A stretch of DNA of 64,000 bases from Myxococcota bacterium (GCA_036149055.1 JAYZQJ010000209.1:1-64000); one strand, 5' to 3'. Positions 38,457-47,970 are shown, numbered from the stretch's first letter. Notes: generated by a model not told the origin, from the letters alone. Made by a program: numbers and translations.

Positions 38457-38714
38457 GTGCGCCGCCTGCTCGCCCTCGCGCTGCTGCTGCTCCCGGGATG
38501 CCTCGCGCCCGGGTGCCCGTGCGGATCGTCGACCTCGGACCCGCTCAGCGAGCACGACGTGAGCTTCCCGGGGCTGCACGCCCTCGACGACGCGTGCGCG
38601 TGTCGATGCGGGGACGACCCGCCGACCAGCGCGCCGCGCGACCGCGACTGCGCCGAGTACGAGGGGCGCTGCGAGGACGAGGCGGGCGTCCGGCGCGATC
38701 GCTACTGTCAATGA
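38457..38714 (+). CDS. Small Cys-rich lipoprotein
   Basis: VRRLLALALLLLPGC. TACCCT lies 6 nt before the GTG. Confidence 0.7.
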   Translation: MRRLLALALLLLPGCLAPGCPCGSSTSDPLSEHDVSFPGLHALDDACACRCGDDPPTSAPRDRDCAEYEGRCEDEAGVRRDRYCQ

Positions 38715-38734
38715 AGCGGTGATACGCTGTCCGG

Positions 38735-40696
38735 ATGCTCCGTGCTGTACCGGCGCTCGTCCTCGTCCTCTCGGCCTGCACCGCCCCCGAGCCGACACCG
38801 GGCGCTCACACCGAGCCGCTGCGCTCCGCGCGGGACAGCTTCGGTATCCGGCAGATCTACCCCACGTCGGGAGACACCTGGACGGCGGACTTCACGCGGG
38901 CGCGCACCCTGGGCCCCGGCGACTCGGTCGGCGACCTCTGGAACCGCGGCAACGGCACCCTGCGCATCGTGGGCGACGGGACGGCCATCGCGAGCGGCAG
39001 CACCCAGCGCCACTACATCGGCGACCGGTCGGAGCGGCGCCAGTGGGGCAGCCTCGAGCTCACCTACTACGCGCGCCGGCTCGACGACCTGACCCGGGAC
39101 GAGCTGCTCGCCGGTCCGTCCAACGCGGGCATCACCGCAGAGGTGCGCACCGGGGACGGACACTCGAGCGGCGCCTCCGCCTCGCGTCGCTGCGAGGGGC
39201 GCGCCTACGGCGGCTCGTTCCGCTTCTACGGGCACGCCTCGTTCGCCAAGGAGCTGCAGCACCCGAACTACGCGCCGAGCTCGGCCGCCGACTCCGCGGG
39301 GGGCGACGTGCGGCGCAACGTGTGGCCCTCCGGCGTGCCCCGGAACACCTGGATCGGCTTCAAGCTCGTGGTCTACGACCGGCCGGGGCAGGCGGTGCTC
39401 GAGCTCTACCGAGACCTGTCCGGCGGCGCGGGCGGCGGCACCTGGGAGCTGCTGATCCGCTACGTCGACGAGCCCGGGCGCTGGGGCATCCCCGGCACGT
39501 CGAGCCTGTGCGGCATGCCGACCGACCGCGTGATCTCCGAGCCCGGCCCCTACGTCATCGTGCGCAACGAGACGACCCGCGTGCAGTACCGCGATCTCAC
39601 CATCCGGGAGATCGAGGCGGCGCCGGTCGCGGGCAGCGCCTACGTCGACATCGGCGACTCCATCTTCGTCGACGCCATCCGCTGGCTCGAGCGGCGCGGC
39701 GACCTGGTGCCCTGCAACCCGCCCTGGAACACCTGGTTCTGTCCGGACGACGCCCTGCAGCGCGGAGAGGTCGCCGCCTTCTTCGCGCGCGCGCTCGACC
39801 TCAGCCCGCCCGGCGGCGACCGCTTCCGGGACGACGACACCAGCCCCTTCGAGGACGACATCGAGGCGATCGCCGAGTGCGGCATCTCGCGCGGCTGCAA
39901 CCCGCCGACCAACGACCGCTTCTGCCCCGACTCGCCGGTCACGCGCGGGCAGATGGCGGCGTTCTTCGACCGCGCCTTCGACCTGCCGTCCACCGGACGC
40001 GACTACTTCACCGACGACGACGGCTCGATCTTCGAGCCCGCGATCAACCGGCTCGCGGCGGCCGGCATCACCCTGGGCTGCAACCCGCCGACCAACGATC
40101 GCTTCTGCCCCGACGACTCGGTCACCCGCGGGCAGCTCGCCGCGTTCCTCAAGCGCGCGCTCGAGTCGGTGCCGCCCACCTCGGCGTGCGTGTGTCGGGC
40201 GAGCGCCGAGGTCTGCAACGCCCTCGACGACGACTGCGACGGCGCGGTCGACGAGAACGCGAGCGCCGAGGTGTGCGGCGGCGGAGACGACGACTGCGAC
40301 GGCGCGGTCGACGAGAACGCGCGCCCCGAGACCTGCGACGGGACCGACGAGGACTGCGACGGCGCGGTCGACGAGGACGACCACGCCGAGAGCTGCAACG
40401 GGATCGACGACGACTGCGACGGCGTCGTCGACGAGGTGTCGTGCGCGGCGGACGGCGGCGCCCCCGCGGTCGACGGCGGCGGCCTCACCTCCGACGGGGG
40501 CGGGAGCGAGCCTCGCGACGGCGGCCCGATCCCGCCCCGCCGCGACGCGGGCCGCGGGACGGACGCCGGCGACGACCCCGACACGCTCTCCGGGGGCTGC
40601 GGCTGTCGCGCCGCCGGGGGAGGCCGCGCCCCGCTCCTCGGGTTGCTCGCGCTCGTGATCCCGCTCCTCTCGAGGCGCAGGTCCTCGACGGCGTGA
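38735..40696 (+). CDS. Multidomain surface protein: lipobox, beta-rich domain, three SLH-like repeats, four Cys/Asp-rich repeats, MYXO-CTERM-like tail
   Basis: LSAC lipobox, three CNPP.N..FCPD....RG..AAF repeats, four E.C...D.DCDG.VDE repeats, and GGCGC..TM..RRR tail. Confidence 0.85.
   Translation: MLRAVPALVLVLSACTAPEPTPGAHTEPLRSARDSFGIRQIYPTSGDTWTADFTRARTLGPGDSVGDLWNRGNGTLRIVGDGTAIASGSTQRHYIGDRSERRQWGSLELTYYARRLDDLTRDELLAGPSNAGITAEVRTGDGHSSGASASRRCEGRAYGGSFRFYGHASFAKELQHPNYAPSSAADSAGGDVRRNVWPSGVPRNTWIGFKLVVYDRPGQAVLELYRDLSGGAGGGTWELLIRYVDEPGRWGIPGTSSLCGMPTDRVISEPGPYVIVRNETTRVQYRDLTIREIEAAPVAGSAYVDIGDSIFVDAIRWLERRGDLVPCNPPWNTWFCPDDALQRGEVAAFFARALDLSPPGGDRFRDDDTSPFEDDIEAIAECGISRGCNPPTNDRFCPDSPVTRGQMAAFFDRAFDLPSTGRDYFTDDDGSIFEPAINRLAAAGITLGCNPPTNDRFCPDDSVTRGQLAAFLKRALESVPPTSACVCRASAEVCNALDDDCDGAVDENASAEVCGGGDDDCDGAVDENARPETCDGTDEDCDGAVDEDDHAESCNGIDDDCDGVVDEVSCAADGGAPAVDGGGLTSDGGGSEPRDGGPIPPRRDAGRGTDAGDDPDTLSGGCGCRAAGGGRAPLLGLLALVIPLLSRRRSSTA
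40201..40436 (+). repeat. Four tandem 60-bp coding repeats
   Basis: Period-60 repeat with core GACTGCGACGGCG(C/T)(G/C)GTCGACGAG. Confidence 0.9.
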
Positions 40697-40726
40697 GGTC
40701 CGGCCACGGGTGTGGTACGGCCTCGC

Positions 40727-41629
40727 ATGCGTCGACCCCTCAGCGCCGCCGCCGCGCTCCTCGTGCTCGCCTGCGGCGCGAGCGCCCCAGCCCCCTCCAG
40801 CGCCCCGTCGGCCGAGCCGGTCGCCACCGTGCCCCTGCGTCAGGCGAGCGGACAGTTCCACACCCTGCCGGTGACGGTGAGCGGCGAGCAGACCACCGCC
40901 ATCCTCGACACCGGCATCGGCCTCGCGCTGGTCTCGGGCGCGCTCTGCGCTCGCGTCGGCTGCGAGATCGACGGCGAGTTCGTCGGCCAGCGCATGTCGG
41001 GCCAGGAGGTGCGCGTGCCCCTGACGCGCCTCGCGAGCCTCGAGGTCGGCGGCGTCGTCCAGCGTGACGTGACCGCGGCGGTGATCGAGATCGAGGGCTT
41101 CTTCCCGGAGCCCCACATCGAGGCGTTCGTCGGCCTGCCCTTCTTCCGCGACCAGCCGTTCACCATCGACGGCCCCGGGAGCGCCCTGGTCCTCGAGTCC
41201 GAGGCCAGCCTGGCGGCTCGCGCGCGGGAGGGGCGCTCGCTCCCGATCCGGCTGCACCAGCAGGGGCCTGCGCTCGACACCTTCGTGCGCCTCTCTTTGG
41301 GCGACGGCCAGGCGTCTGCCGAGGTCCTCATGGACACCGGGAGCCGGACCCTGATCCTGCACCCTCGGTACGTCGAGCTGCTCGGCGTCGACCTGGAGGA
41401 CGCTCGACGTCGCGAGGGCGAGGACGAGACCGGCAACCCCTACGAGCGCGCTTACGTCACGCTCGACGGCCCGGTGGCCTTCGAGGGCGCGCCCGAGCTC
41501 CGGCGCACGGGGGCGGAGGTGATGTTCCAGGAGATCATCTACGACGGGCTCATCGGCACCGCGCTGCTCTCGGAGTTCGCGGTGACCTGGGATCTCGGCC
41601 GCGAGCGCATCTTGGTCGCCGAGCGTTGA
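40727..41629 (+). CDS. Bilobal retropepsin-like aspartyl protease lipoprotein
   Basis: VLAC lipobox, ILDTG and LMDTGS catalytic motifs, and DGLIG. Confidence 0.88.
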   Translation: MRRPLSAAAALLVLACGASAPAPSSAPSAEPVATVPLRQASGQFHTLPVTVSGEQTTAILDTGIGLALVSGALCARVGCEIDGEFVGQRMSGQEVRVPLTRLASLEVGGVVQRDVTAAVIEIEGFFPEPHIEAFVGLPFFRDQPFTIDGPGSALVLESEASLAARAREGRSLPIRLHQQGPALDTFVRLSLGDGQASAEVLMDTGSRTLILHPRYVELLGVDLEDARRREGEDETGNPYERAYVTLDGPVAFEGAPELRRTGAEVMFQEIIYDGLIGTALLSEFAVTWDLGRERILVAER

Positions 41630-41660
41630 CGCCGGCTCGGCGCGCCCTCATCACCCCGTC

Positions 41661-42338
41661 GTGACGGAGCTCGACAGCGTGGTGCCCGGTCGCGTCTGGC
41701 GGGTCGCGCGCCTGGTGTGGTTCAGCGGGGTGAAGCTCCGCACGCACGCGACGGTGGTGAAGCTCGACGACGGCGGGCTCTGGGTGCACGGGCCGCCGCC
41801 GCCGACCGAGCCCATCCGCGCCGCGCTCGACGCGCTCGGGCCGGTGCGCTGGGCGGTCGTGCCGAACCTCTTCCACCACGTGGCCGCGCCCGCGTTCGCC
41901 GCGGCGTACCCGGAGGCGACCCTGATCGGCCCGGACGCGATCCGCGCGAAGAACCCCGCCGTGCAGCCGGCGGTGAGCGCGGCCGAGAGGGTGGTGAAGG
42001 AGCTCGAGCCGCACCCGCTCGACGGCGTGCCGCTGCTGGACGAGACGCTCTTCTTCCATCACCCGACGCGCACGCTCATCGGCACCGACGTGGTCATGAC
42101 CGCGTGCGCCGCCGATCACTGGACCTGGCGCGCGGCCGGGCGGATCACGGGCTGCTGGAACCGCGTGCGCCCGCCGCCCGACGTGCGCTGGAAGACCCCG
42201 CGGAGCGAGGCCGCCGCCCGATCGATCGAGCGCCTCGCCGCGCTCCCGATGGACCGCCTCCTCGTCGCGCACGCCGACCCGATCGAGGAGCGCCCCGCCG
42301 ACCAGCTCCGCGACGCCTGGGCCTATCAGCGCCGATAG
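41661..42338 (+). CDS. DUF4336 family protein (MBL-like fold)
   Basis: TVVKL..GGLWVH, VVPNLFHH, FFHHPTRTLI.TD and VAH motifs. Confidence 0.85.
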   Translation: MTELDSVVPGRVWRVARLVWFSGVKLRTHATVVKLDDGGLWVHGPPPPTEPIRAALDALGPVRWAVVPNLFHHVAAPAFAAAYPEATLIGPDAIRAKNPAVQPAVSAAERVVKELEPHPLDGVPLLDETLFFHHPTRTLIGTDVVMTACAADHWTWRAAGRITGCWNRVRPPPDVRWKTPRSEAAARSIERLAALPMDRLLVAHADPIEERPADQLRDAWAYQRR

Positions 42339-42409
42339 AAGCGACCGCGTCTGCGGGCGCCGACCCTCTGTGAATTGCGCGCCCCGCCCTCAGCTCCCAC
42401 TCTCGCCCG

Positions 42410-43057
42410 GTGACCAGCCGCCCGATCCCGGTCGTTCCTCTCGGTGCGGGGCGGCTCATGCCGGCGCTCTTGCTCGGCTACGAGACCCATCGGAACCCGC
42501 CGTGGGGGGAGACCGAGCCGCCGCGATGGCTGGTGCACGTGGAGCAGCAGGCGGGGGGCGGCGTGATGTCGTACCCCTCGGCCCACGGCGTCCTCCTACG
42601 ACTCGAGGCGAACGCCGACCTCGCGCTCCGTGACCCGGCGCCGCTCATCGCGGCCTTTCACGCGATGGCCGAGGACCCCCGGCCGGGTGAGGTCGCGCGG
42701 CTCGAGCCGAGGCTGCTCGCCGCCTGCGACACCCGGGGAGAGCCTCTCCCTCCCTCCACCCTGGACGGGCTCTCGGACGCCCTGACCCGCTACTTCGACC
42801 TGCCGCGCTGTCTCGGCGGGCTGGAGGCGTTCGTGCGCCTCGACGACGCACCGACCTGCGTGCTCGGGTGGCGCCGCGTGGTGCCGGCGCGGGGCGTCGC
42901 GGGCATCGGCGAGGAGTGGCCCGGAGGCTCGTCGCAGTGGGCCGACGGCTCGCCGCTGGAGCCGCACGACCTCGAGACGCTGGAGCGCGCGTGTCGCGCC
43001 GCGCTGCGGGTCGCGTCGCCGCCTTCGCTCTTCCTGCTCTGGGAGAACAGCGATTGA
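42410..43057 (+). CDS. Hypothetical protein (possibly DUF6210-like)
   Basis: QQAGG..YPS, LEAFV and C-terminal LLWENSD. The family assignment is from recall only. Confidence 0.6.
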   Translation: MTSRPIPVVPLGAGRLMPALLLGYETHRNPPWGETEPPRWLVHVEQQAGGGVMSYPSAHGVLLRLEANADLALRDPAPLIAAFHAMAEDPRPGEVARLEPRLLAACDTRGEPLPPSTLDGLSDALTRYFDLPRCLGGLEAFVRLDDAPTCVLGWRRVVPARGVAGIGEEWPGGSSQWADGSPLEPHDLETLERACRAALRVASPPSLFLLWENSD

Positions 43058-43062
43058 GGGCG

Positions 43063-43158
43063 ATGAGGTGCAGGTCGGTCGGGGCGAGCGGCTGCGCGTG
43101 GGCGATCGCGGCGGCGCTCGTCGTGGCCGGCTGCGCTCCGCGGGCGATCTCCGCGTGA
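43063..43158 (+). pseudogene. Orphan lipoprotein signal peptide (truncated gene)
   Basis: GAGG then ATG. MRCRSVGASGCAWAIAAALVVAGCAPRAISA* stops 7 residues after the lipobox Cys. Confidence 0.45.
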
Positions 43159-43176
43159 TTCGCTCCCGATAGATAG

Positions 43177-43809
43177 TCAGAAGACGGAGTCTCGGTCCAA
43201 GCTCGACACCAGGGGGGCAGCGGTCTTCGCGAGGCGCTCGGAGAGCTCGTCGCGCGCCCGCTCGCCGCCCTCCACGATGTGTTTCAACTCGGGCAGGGTC
43301 AGGAGCTTCAGGCTGGCGAGACGAATCGGCGACAGTGGCCCTTGCACCGAACTGGGCACCGGCGGCGCCTCCAGACCCACCAGGACGCCGACCCGACCTT
43401 CGCCGTTGACGAAGCGCGGGCGCGCGGCCTCGGGGATCGGGATGTCGTAGAGCTCGGTCGAGATGCAGCCCAGCTCGTCGAGCAGCGCATGGATCTGTCC
43501 GTGGCCTGCCACCTGGGCCGCGAAGCCGGCGACGACCTGGAAGATCCAGCTCTCTTTCAGCGGCTGCTCGACCTCGGTGACGCCGAACACCTCCACCGCG
43601 AAGCCGTTCTGCTTCGGCGGATCGCGCCACGAGTCGTCGAACGGATCGGAGAGCCCATCCGTGGCGAGGATGATCCCCGCCGGCCCCCGCACCGTCTTGT
43701 AAGCCTGGCGCAGGTTGGGCCAGGCCGGGGCGCCCGTGAAGGCCGGGTTGATGAGCGGAGCCAGCAGGTACGGATCCACCTCCCCGCACTCGGTCTCCGG
43801 AGGGGGCAT
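43177..43809 (-). CDS. Suppressor-of-fused (SUFU)-like protein, possibly 5'-truncated
   Basis: INPAF.G.PAWP, ILATDGLSDPF, GF.VE, W.FQVV and LKLLT..EL..G...R.EL..RL. Confidence 0.6.
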   Translation of the reverse strand: MPPPETECGEVDPYLLAPLINPAFTGAPAWPNLRQAYKTVRGPAGIILATDGLSDPFDDSWRDPPKQNGFAVEVFGVTEVEQPLKESWIFQVVAGFAAQVAGHGQIHALLDELGCISTELYDIPIPEAARPRFVNGEGRVGVLVGLEAPPVPSSVQGPLSPIRLASLKLLTLPELKHIVEGGERARDELSERLAKTAAPLVSSLDRDSVF

Positions 43810-43878
43810 GCGCCCCCTCCCGCCCGACCGGCAAAGCCGGCTCGGGCTCCCACCCCATCTCACGCGCTCACGCGCGTG

Positions 43879-43907
43879 GAAGGTGCGGCAATATTTGCCG
43901 CACCTTC
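43879..43907. repeat. Perfect 13-bp-arm palindrome GAAGGTGCGGCAA-TAT-TTGCCGCACCTTC
   Basis: Read directly from the sequence. Intergenic between the PLC-like and SUFU-like genes. Confidence 0.85.
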
Positions 43908-44022
43908 ACTCCACGCCGCGTCTCGGGCCCGGAAGGTCTCTTCACAGAGCCGCTCGTGCTCGGTCTCGTCGAACATGCCGGCATCTTACGCCCGCCGCGC
44001 GCCGATCTACTCGGCGTCTTCT

Positions 44023-46959
44023 TCACGGGGCGCCCGCGCGCTCCCAGGCGAGGGTGTAGCGCCAGCGGCGGGGCGGGCGCGGGCCGGGGGGCATGCCGGT
44101 GAGCTCCATGCGCCAGACGAGGCCGTACTCGATCGGGAGCCCGTCGGGGCACGGCTCGCCGAAGGGCAGCGCGCTGCACCGGCCGGCCGCGGTCACCGCG
44201 TACTGGTGGCTCGGGTAGGGGCCGGGCGTGAAGCCCGACGGCGTGGGGCCGGTCCAGAGCCGGGTGCCCACCGCCAGGGGGCCGTCCGCGCCGCAGAGAT
44301 CCTCGGCCCCGTCGAAGACGTCGGTGCAGTCGTCGATCGTGTGCCGGATCACCGTCCCCCCCTCGCAGAACGGGTGGATGGCCCGGAAGTCCTGCCCGGT
44401 CTCCGAGCCCGAGAAGGGCGGTCGAAGGGTCTCGAGGCCGGTGTAGACCGCGCGGCGGACGTCGAGCCGGAAGCGCCCGACGCTGCGCACGCGGCTCTCG
44501 TCGGGGCCGCGGTCGTCCCGGATGATCTCGACGCGGTAGATGTCTGGCGGGAAGCGCGCGGCGTCCAGCTCGAACGCGATCTCCTCCGGCGTCCAGGACG
44601 CGACCTCGGCGAGCTGGCTCGTCCGGTCCGGATCGTTGCAGCCGGTCTCGCCGACCAGCTTGATGCGGCCCGCCGCCACGCCGAAGTTCCGGCCGTGGAG
44701 CGTCACCCACGGCGTCAGCTCCTCGAACGACACGCGGCCCATCTCGTCGAAGCCGGGGGTGATCACCTGCCGGGCGCCGCTCGCGTCGACCACGAAGTCC
44801 TCGTCGTCCACGTGCACGACCGGCACCGCGCGGCACCACGCGTCGAGGCTCTCGTACCGCGGGCCGCCCGAGATCGGGACCCGCGCGTAGGGGCCGCTCT
44901 CCGCGCTGACGTAGCCGGGGTGGAGCTCGACCGGGTTGTCGTCCCAGTAGCTCGCCGCGCTCGATCGGGCCTCCTCCGGCGTGGCGCCGAGCACCTGGCA
45001 CATCGGCGCCGCGGCCGGGGCGGCCGAGTCTCCGCTGCCGCCGAAGAGCGACTCCCGCCGCTGCTCCCGCTGCCGGCCCTCGTAGGGCGCCGGGGTCGGC
45101 CGATACCAGGCGTAGGTCTCCTCGAAGAGGCGGTCGGCGAGGAGCACGCACGCGTGCCGGCGCCGCTCGAGATCCTCCGCGAGCGCGCCTTCCGGGATCG
45201 GCGCCGGCCAACGCAGCCCCTGCCGCGGCGAGTCGGCGGGGAGCTCGGGATCGAACCGGAGGTCGACGGGCGCGCGCTCGCAGAGCTCCGGCGCGAGGGC
45301 GCGGTTGAAGAAGCCCATCAAGGTGCGCTGATCCCGACCTGGGCGCTCCATGCCGGCGGGGTCCGGCTCGCCCTCGCGCGCCAGCAGCGGCAGCGCCGAC
45401 AGCGACACCGGCTCGGCGTACGCCGGCGCCGCCGCGCTCACGTAAGCCTGTCCGGGCTGGACGCCGTAGAGCGCGGGCAGCGTCTCGCCGCGCGCGAGGT
45501 CGGTGCGCTCGGGCGCTCGCAGGGCGCGCTCGTGCACCTTCAGCGCCATGCGCGCGAAGTCCTGGGTCAGCAGGTCGACCGCGCCCTCGCTCTCCACGCC
45601 CACCACGAGCACCAGCGCGCCGACCTGCAGGCCGGCCGCGAGGAACTGACCCAGCCGGCCCTGGCCCAGCGTGTTGAGCCCGGTGTCGAGCGCCTCGTTG
45701 GTCGCCCAGTGATCGAAGCAGTAGGTCTCACCGCCGGCGTCCGACGCGATCGACACCTCTCGGTCGAAGGTCGGTGCGCCTCCGATGGCGAGGGAGAACG
45801 CTCCGCGCGAGCCGTCGGGGTTGGGGTGGAAGCGTCGGGCCACGTCGGCGTAGCCCGCCTTCGCGCAGCGCATCATGTCGTCGAGCTGCCCCGAGACGTC
45901 CATCGGCGCGCCGAGGAAGCGCCCGCGCAGGCCGTCGGCGAAGCGGTAGTCGCCGACCACCGGGAGCGGGACCGACGTGCTCGGGCCGTGCACGCCGATC
46001 GGGGTCACCGCGCCGTCGGTCACCTCCGGCGAGCAGAGCGGGTCGGGGCTCGAGCCCGGCGGGAGGATGGAGCTCAGGACGGCCTCCGCCCCGTGCACGA
46101 CGCCGGTGATGCCGCCCAGCGCCATGTTCACGACGTAGTCGTTCGGCCGCGGGAGGCCTTCGTAGGAGCCGGCGTTCCAGCGGTTCCAGGTGTGCCCGCT
46201 CGACCAGCGGTCCTGCAGGAAGTGCTGCGCGTAGGCCTCGTAGGCGAGCGCCATCACCTCGGCCTCTCGCTGGTAGCGCGCGGCCTCGGCCTCCTCGAAC
46301 GCGGTGCCGCCGGCGCGCGCCGCCTCGATCGCCGCGCCGATCTGGTTGGCCGCCTCGGCGCGGGCGAGGGCGACGGCGTGGAAGTGCCGGTAGAACGCGG
46401 TGGCCTGGTCGCCGAAGTGGCTGCTGTTGAGCACCGCCCCGAGCCAGCCCGCGAACGCGTGGCACCGACTCTGGTGGGGCGCGGCCGAGGGGAGCGAGGG
46501 GCAGAAGCGGTTTCGGTTGATCCAGTCCGAGATCGTGTAGCTGTAGTCCGGCATCCCGGTGAACCGCGCGGGGTGCGGGATGCGCCGCTCGAGCAGCGGG
46601 GTCTCCGCGTCGTCGCCCTCGTCTTGCCCCGCCGGCACGCCGACCTGCGCGACCTCCGGGTGCCAGATGGCGGCGTTCAGATCGACCGCGTCGGCGACGG
46701 GCGTGGTGTAGAGGGACTCCCAGCCGAGCTGGGTGAAGGCGTAGTGGGAGATCTCGGTGTGCTCGTTGCCCGGGAGGCTGTCGAACGACGAGGTGCGGAA
46801 GGCGGCGTAGGCGGCGGCGTCGGCGGGCGCGGCGTGGATCGAGTACCAGTCGTTGTCGGCGCCGTTGGGGACCGTCCGGGTGTCCCAGCCGGTCAGGAGT
46901 GAGAGCAACGTCGCGGCGAGCGCCGCGCGGCGCGAGAACCTGGTCACAGTCACCTCCAT
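44023..46959 (-). CDS. Large secreted zinc-dependent phospholipase C/P1-nuclease-fold protein with IPT/TIG-like C-terminal domain (978 aa)
   Basis: Signal ..SRRAAL..LTG|W, then EH, GMPD, SSHF, HFLQDRWSSGH and HGAE. VTLHGRNFG..SWT marks the TIG-like domain. TGATG coupling to the upstream gene. Confidence 0.75.
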   Translation of the reverse strand: MEVTVTRFSRRAALAATLLSLLTGWDTRTVPNGADNDWYSIHAAPADAAAYAAFRTSSFDSLPGNEHTEISHYAFTQLGWESLYTTPVADAVDLNAAIWHPEVAQVGVPAGQDEGDDAETPLLERRIPHPARFTGMPDYSYTISDWINRNRFCPSLPSAAPHQSRCHAFAGWLGAVLNSSHFGDQATAFYRHFHAVALARAEAANQIGAAIEAARAGGTAFEEAEAARYQREAEVMALAYEAYAQHFLQDRWSSGHTWNRWNAGSYEGLPRPNDYVVNMALGGITGVVHGAEAVLSSILPPGSSPDPLCSPEVTDGAVTPIGVHGPSTSVPLPVVGDYRFADGLRGRFLGAPMDVSGQLDDMMRCAKAGYADVARRFHPNPDGSRGAFSLAIGGAPTFDREVSIASDAGGETYCFDHWATNEALDTGLNTLGQGRLGQFLAAGLQVGALVLVVGVESEGAVDLLTQDFARMALKVHERALRAPERTDLARGETLPALYGVQPGQAYVSAAAPAYAEPVSLSALPLLAREGEPDPAGMERPGRDQRTLMGFFNRALAPELCERAPVDLRFDPELPADSPRQGLRWPAPIPEGALAEDLERRRHACVLLADRLFEETYAWYRPTPAPYEGRQREQRRESLFGGSGDSAAPAAAPMCQVLGATPEEARSSAASYWDDNPVELHPGYVSAESGPYARVPISGGPRYESLDAWCRAVPVVHVDDEDFVVDASGARQVITPGFDEMGRVSFEELTPWVTLHGRNFGVAAGRIKLVGETGCNDPDRTSQLAEVASWTPEEIAFELDAARFPPDIYRVEIIRDDRGPDESRVRSVGRFRLDVRRAVYTGLETLRPPFSGSETGQDFRAIHPFCEGGTVIRHTIDDCTDVFDGAEDLCGADGPLAVGTRLWTGPTPSGFTPGPYPSHQYAVTAAGRCSALPFGEPCPDGLPIEYGLVWRMELTGMPPGPRPPRRWRYTLAWERAGAP

Positions 46960-47393
46960 CACAGCGGCAGCCCCTCCGGCGGGCCCGGATCGCCGCAGGG
47001 CGCGCCGGTGTCGACGAAGACGGCGCGGTAGGCGGCCAGCTGCGACTCCAGATCCGCGGCGCCCTCGGCCCGCGCGGCGAAGTCGTCGCGACACTCCGCC
47101 GGGCACGTGGCCGCGTCGACGCACGCCGGGACCTCGCCGCCTCCGTCCCAGCACGCGTAGAACGTCGCGAAGCACAGCTGCCACTGCCGCCGAGGGCCGT
47201 CGCGGCGCGGATCGGCGAGGAGGGTCACGTCGCCGCCATGTCCGCCGGACAGGGTCGCGAGCTCGACGCAGCGGTCGTCGCACTCGGGGCTGGCGGGCTG
47301 GGACGCGGGCTGCCAGGGCCCGACGCTCTCGGGCGCGCAGGCGGTGGCCGCGCAGAGGAGGAGCGCGGGCCAGGGTCTCGAGATCGGCGTCAT
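46959..47393 (-). CDS. Cys-rich lipoprotein
   Basis: MTPISRPWPALLLCAATAC lipobox, eight further cysteines. Confidence 0.75.
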   Translation of the reverse strand: MTPISRPWPALLLCAATACAPESVGPWQPASQPASPECDDRCVELATLSGGHGGDVTLLADPRRDGPRRQWQLCFATFYACWDGGGEVPACVDAATCPAECRDDFAARAEGAADLESQLAAYRAVFVDTGAPCGDPGPPEGLPL

Positions 47394-47400
47394 GACCCCG

Positions 47401-47428
47401 GAGTGCCCGCGGCGGCGAATTCGATCGC
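47401..47428 (-). promoter_or_regulatory. Candidate ECF promoter, copy 1
   Basis: The minus strand reads GCGATCGAAT-TCGCCGCCGC-GGGCACTC, 7 nt before the ATG at 47393. Confidence 0.75.
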
Positions 47429-47430
47429 CG

Positions 47431-47458
47431 GTGATCGAATTCTCCGCCCCGGGCACTC
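47431..47458 (+). promoter_or_regulatory. Candidate ECF promoter, copy 2
   Basis: GTGATCGAAT-TCTCCGCCCC-GGGCACTC, then GGAGG and the ATG at 47479. Confidence 0.75.
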
Positions 47459-47478
47459 CAGCGTCGGAGGTGAAGCGG

Positions 47479-47943
47479 ATGAGGCTCGTCTGGCTGGTGA
47501 TGGTGCTCTCGATGGTCGGCTGCGGAGACGGAGGCACGCCCGACGGCCCGGACGGCGGCCGCGAGGACGGCGGCGTCGAGGACGCGGGGGAGGGCATGTT
47601 CTGCCAGCTCGGCGCCAACGGCTGCGGCTGCTTCACGGGGCGCACGCCGGTGTGCGACGACCCCGGCGCGATGTGCGTCGAGGGCGAGTGCGTCGACTGC
47701 GAGGCCGAGCCCGCGCGCTGCATGACCCCGCCGACCTGCGGCGGGGCGGAGCTCTGCGCCCGCACAATCGACGAGTGCGGCACCGACATCACCCAGGAGG
47801 CGTGCGAGGGGTTCTACGACGAGTCGACCACCACCTGCGGCGACCTCGACGGCTACACCCGGTGTAACTGCCGGTGCATCGAGGAGCCCACCTGCGATGA
47901 CTACTTCTCGTGTGGCATGACCTGCTTCGAGGACTGGTGTTGA
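47479..47943 (+). CDS. Cys-rich lipoprotein
   Basis: MRLVWLVMVLSMVGC lipobox and about 20 cysteines. Confidence 0.8.
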   Translation: MRLVWLVMVLSMVGCGDGGTPDGPDGGREDGGVEDAGEGMFCQLGANGCGCFTGRTPVCDDPGAMCVEGECVDCEAEPARCMTPPTCGGAELCARTIDECGTDITQEACEGFYDESTTTCGDLDGYTRCNCRCIEEPTCDDYFSCGMTCFEDWC

Positions 47944-47970
47944 GGCTCGCGTGGTATCCTCGTCTCCGGC

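Noticed and set aside
40201..40436. CRISPR-like 60-bp periodicity
   Set aside because: It is an in-frame coding repeat of a Cys/Asp-rich protein motif.
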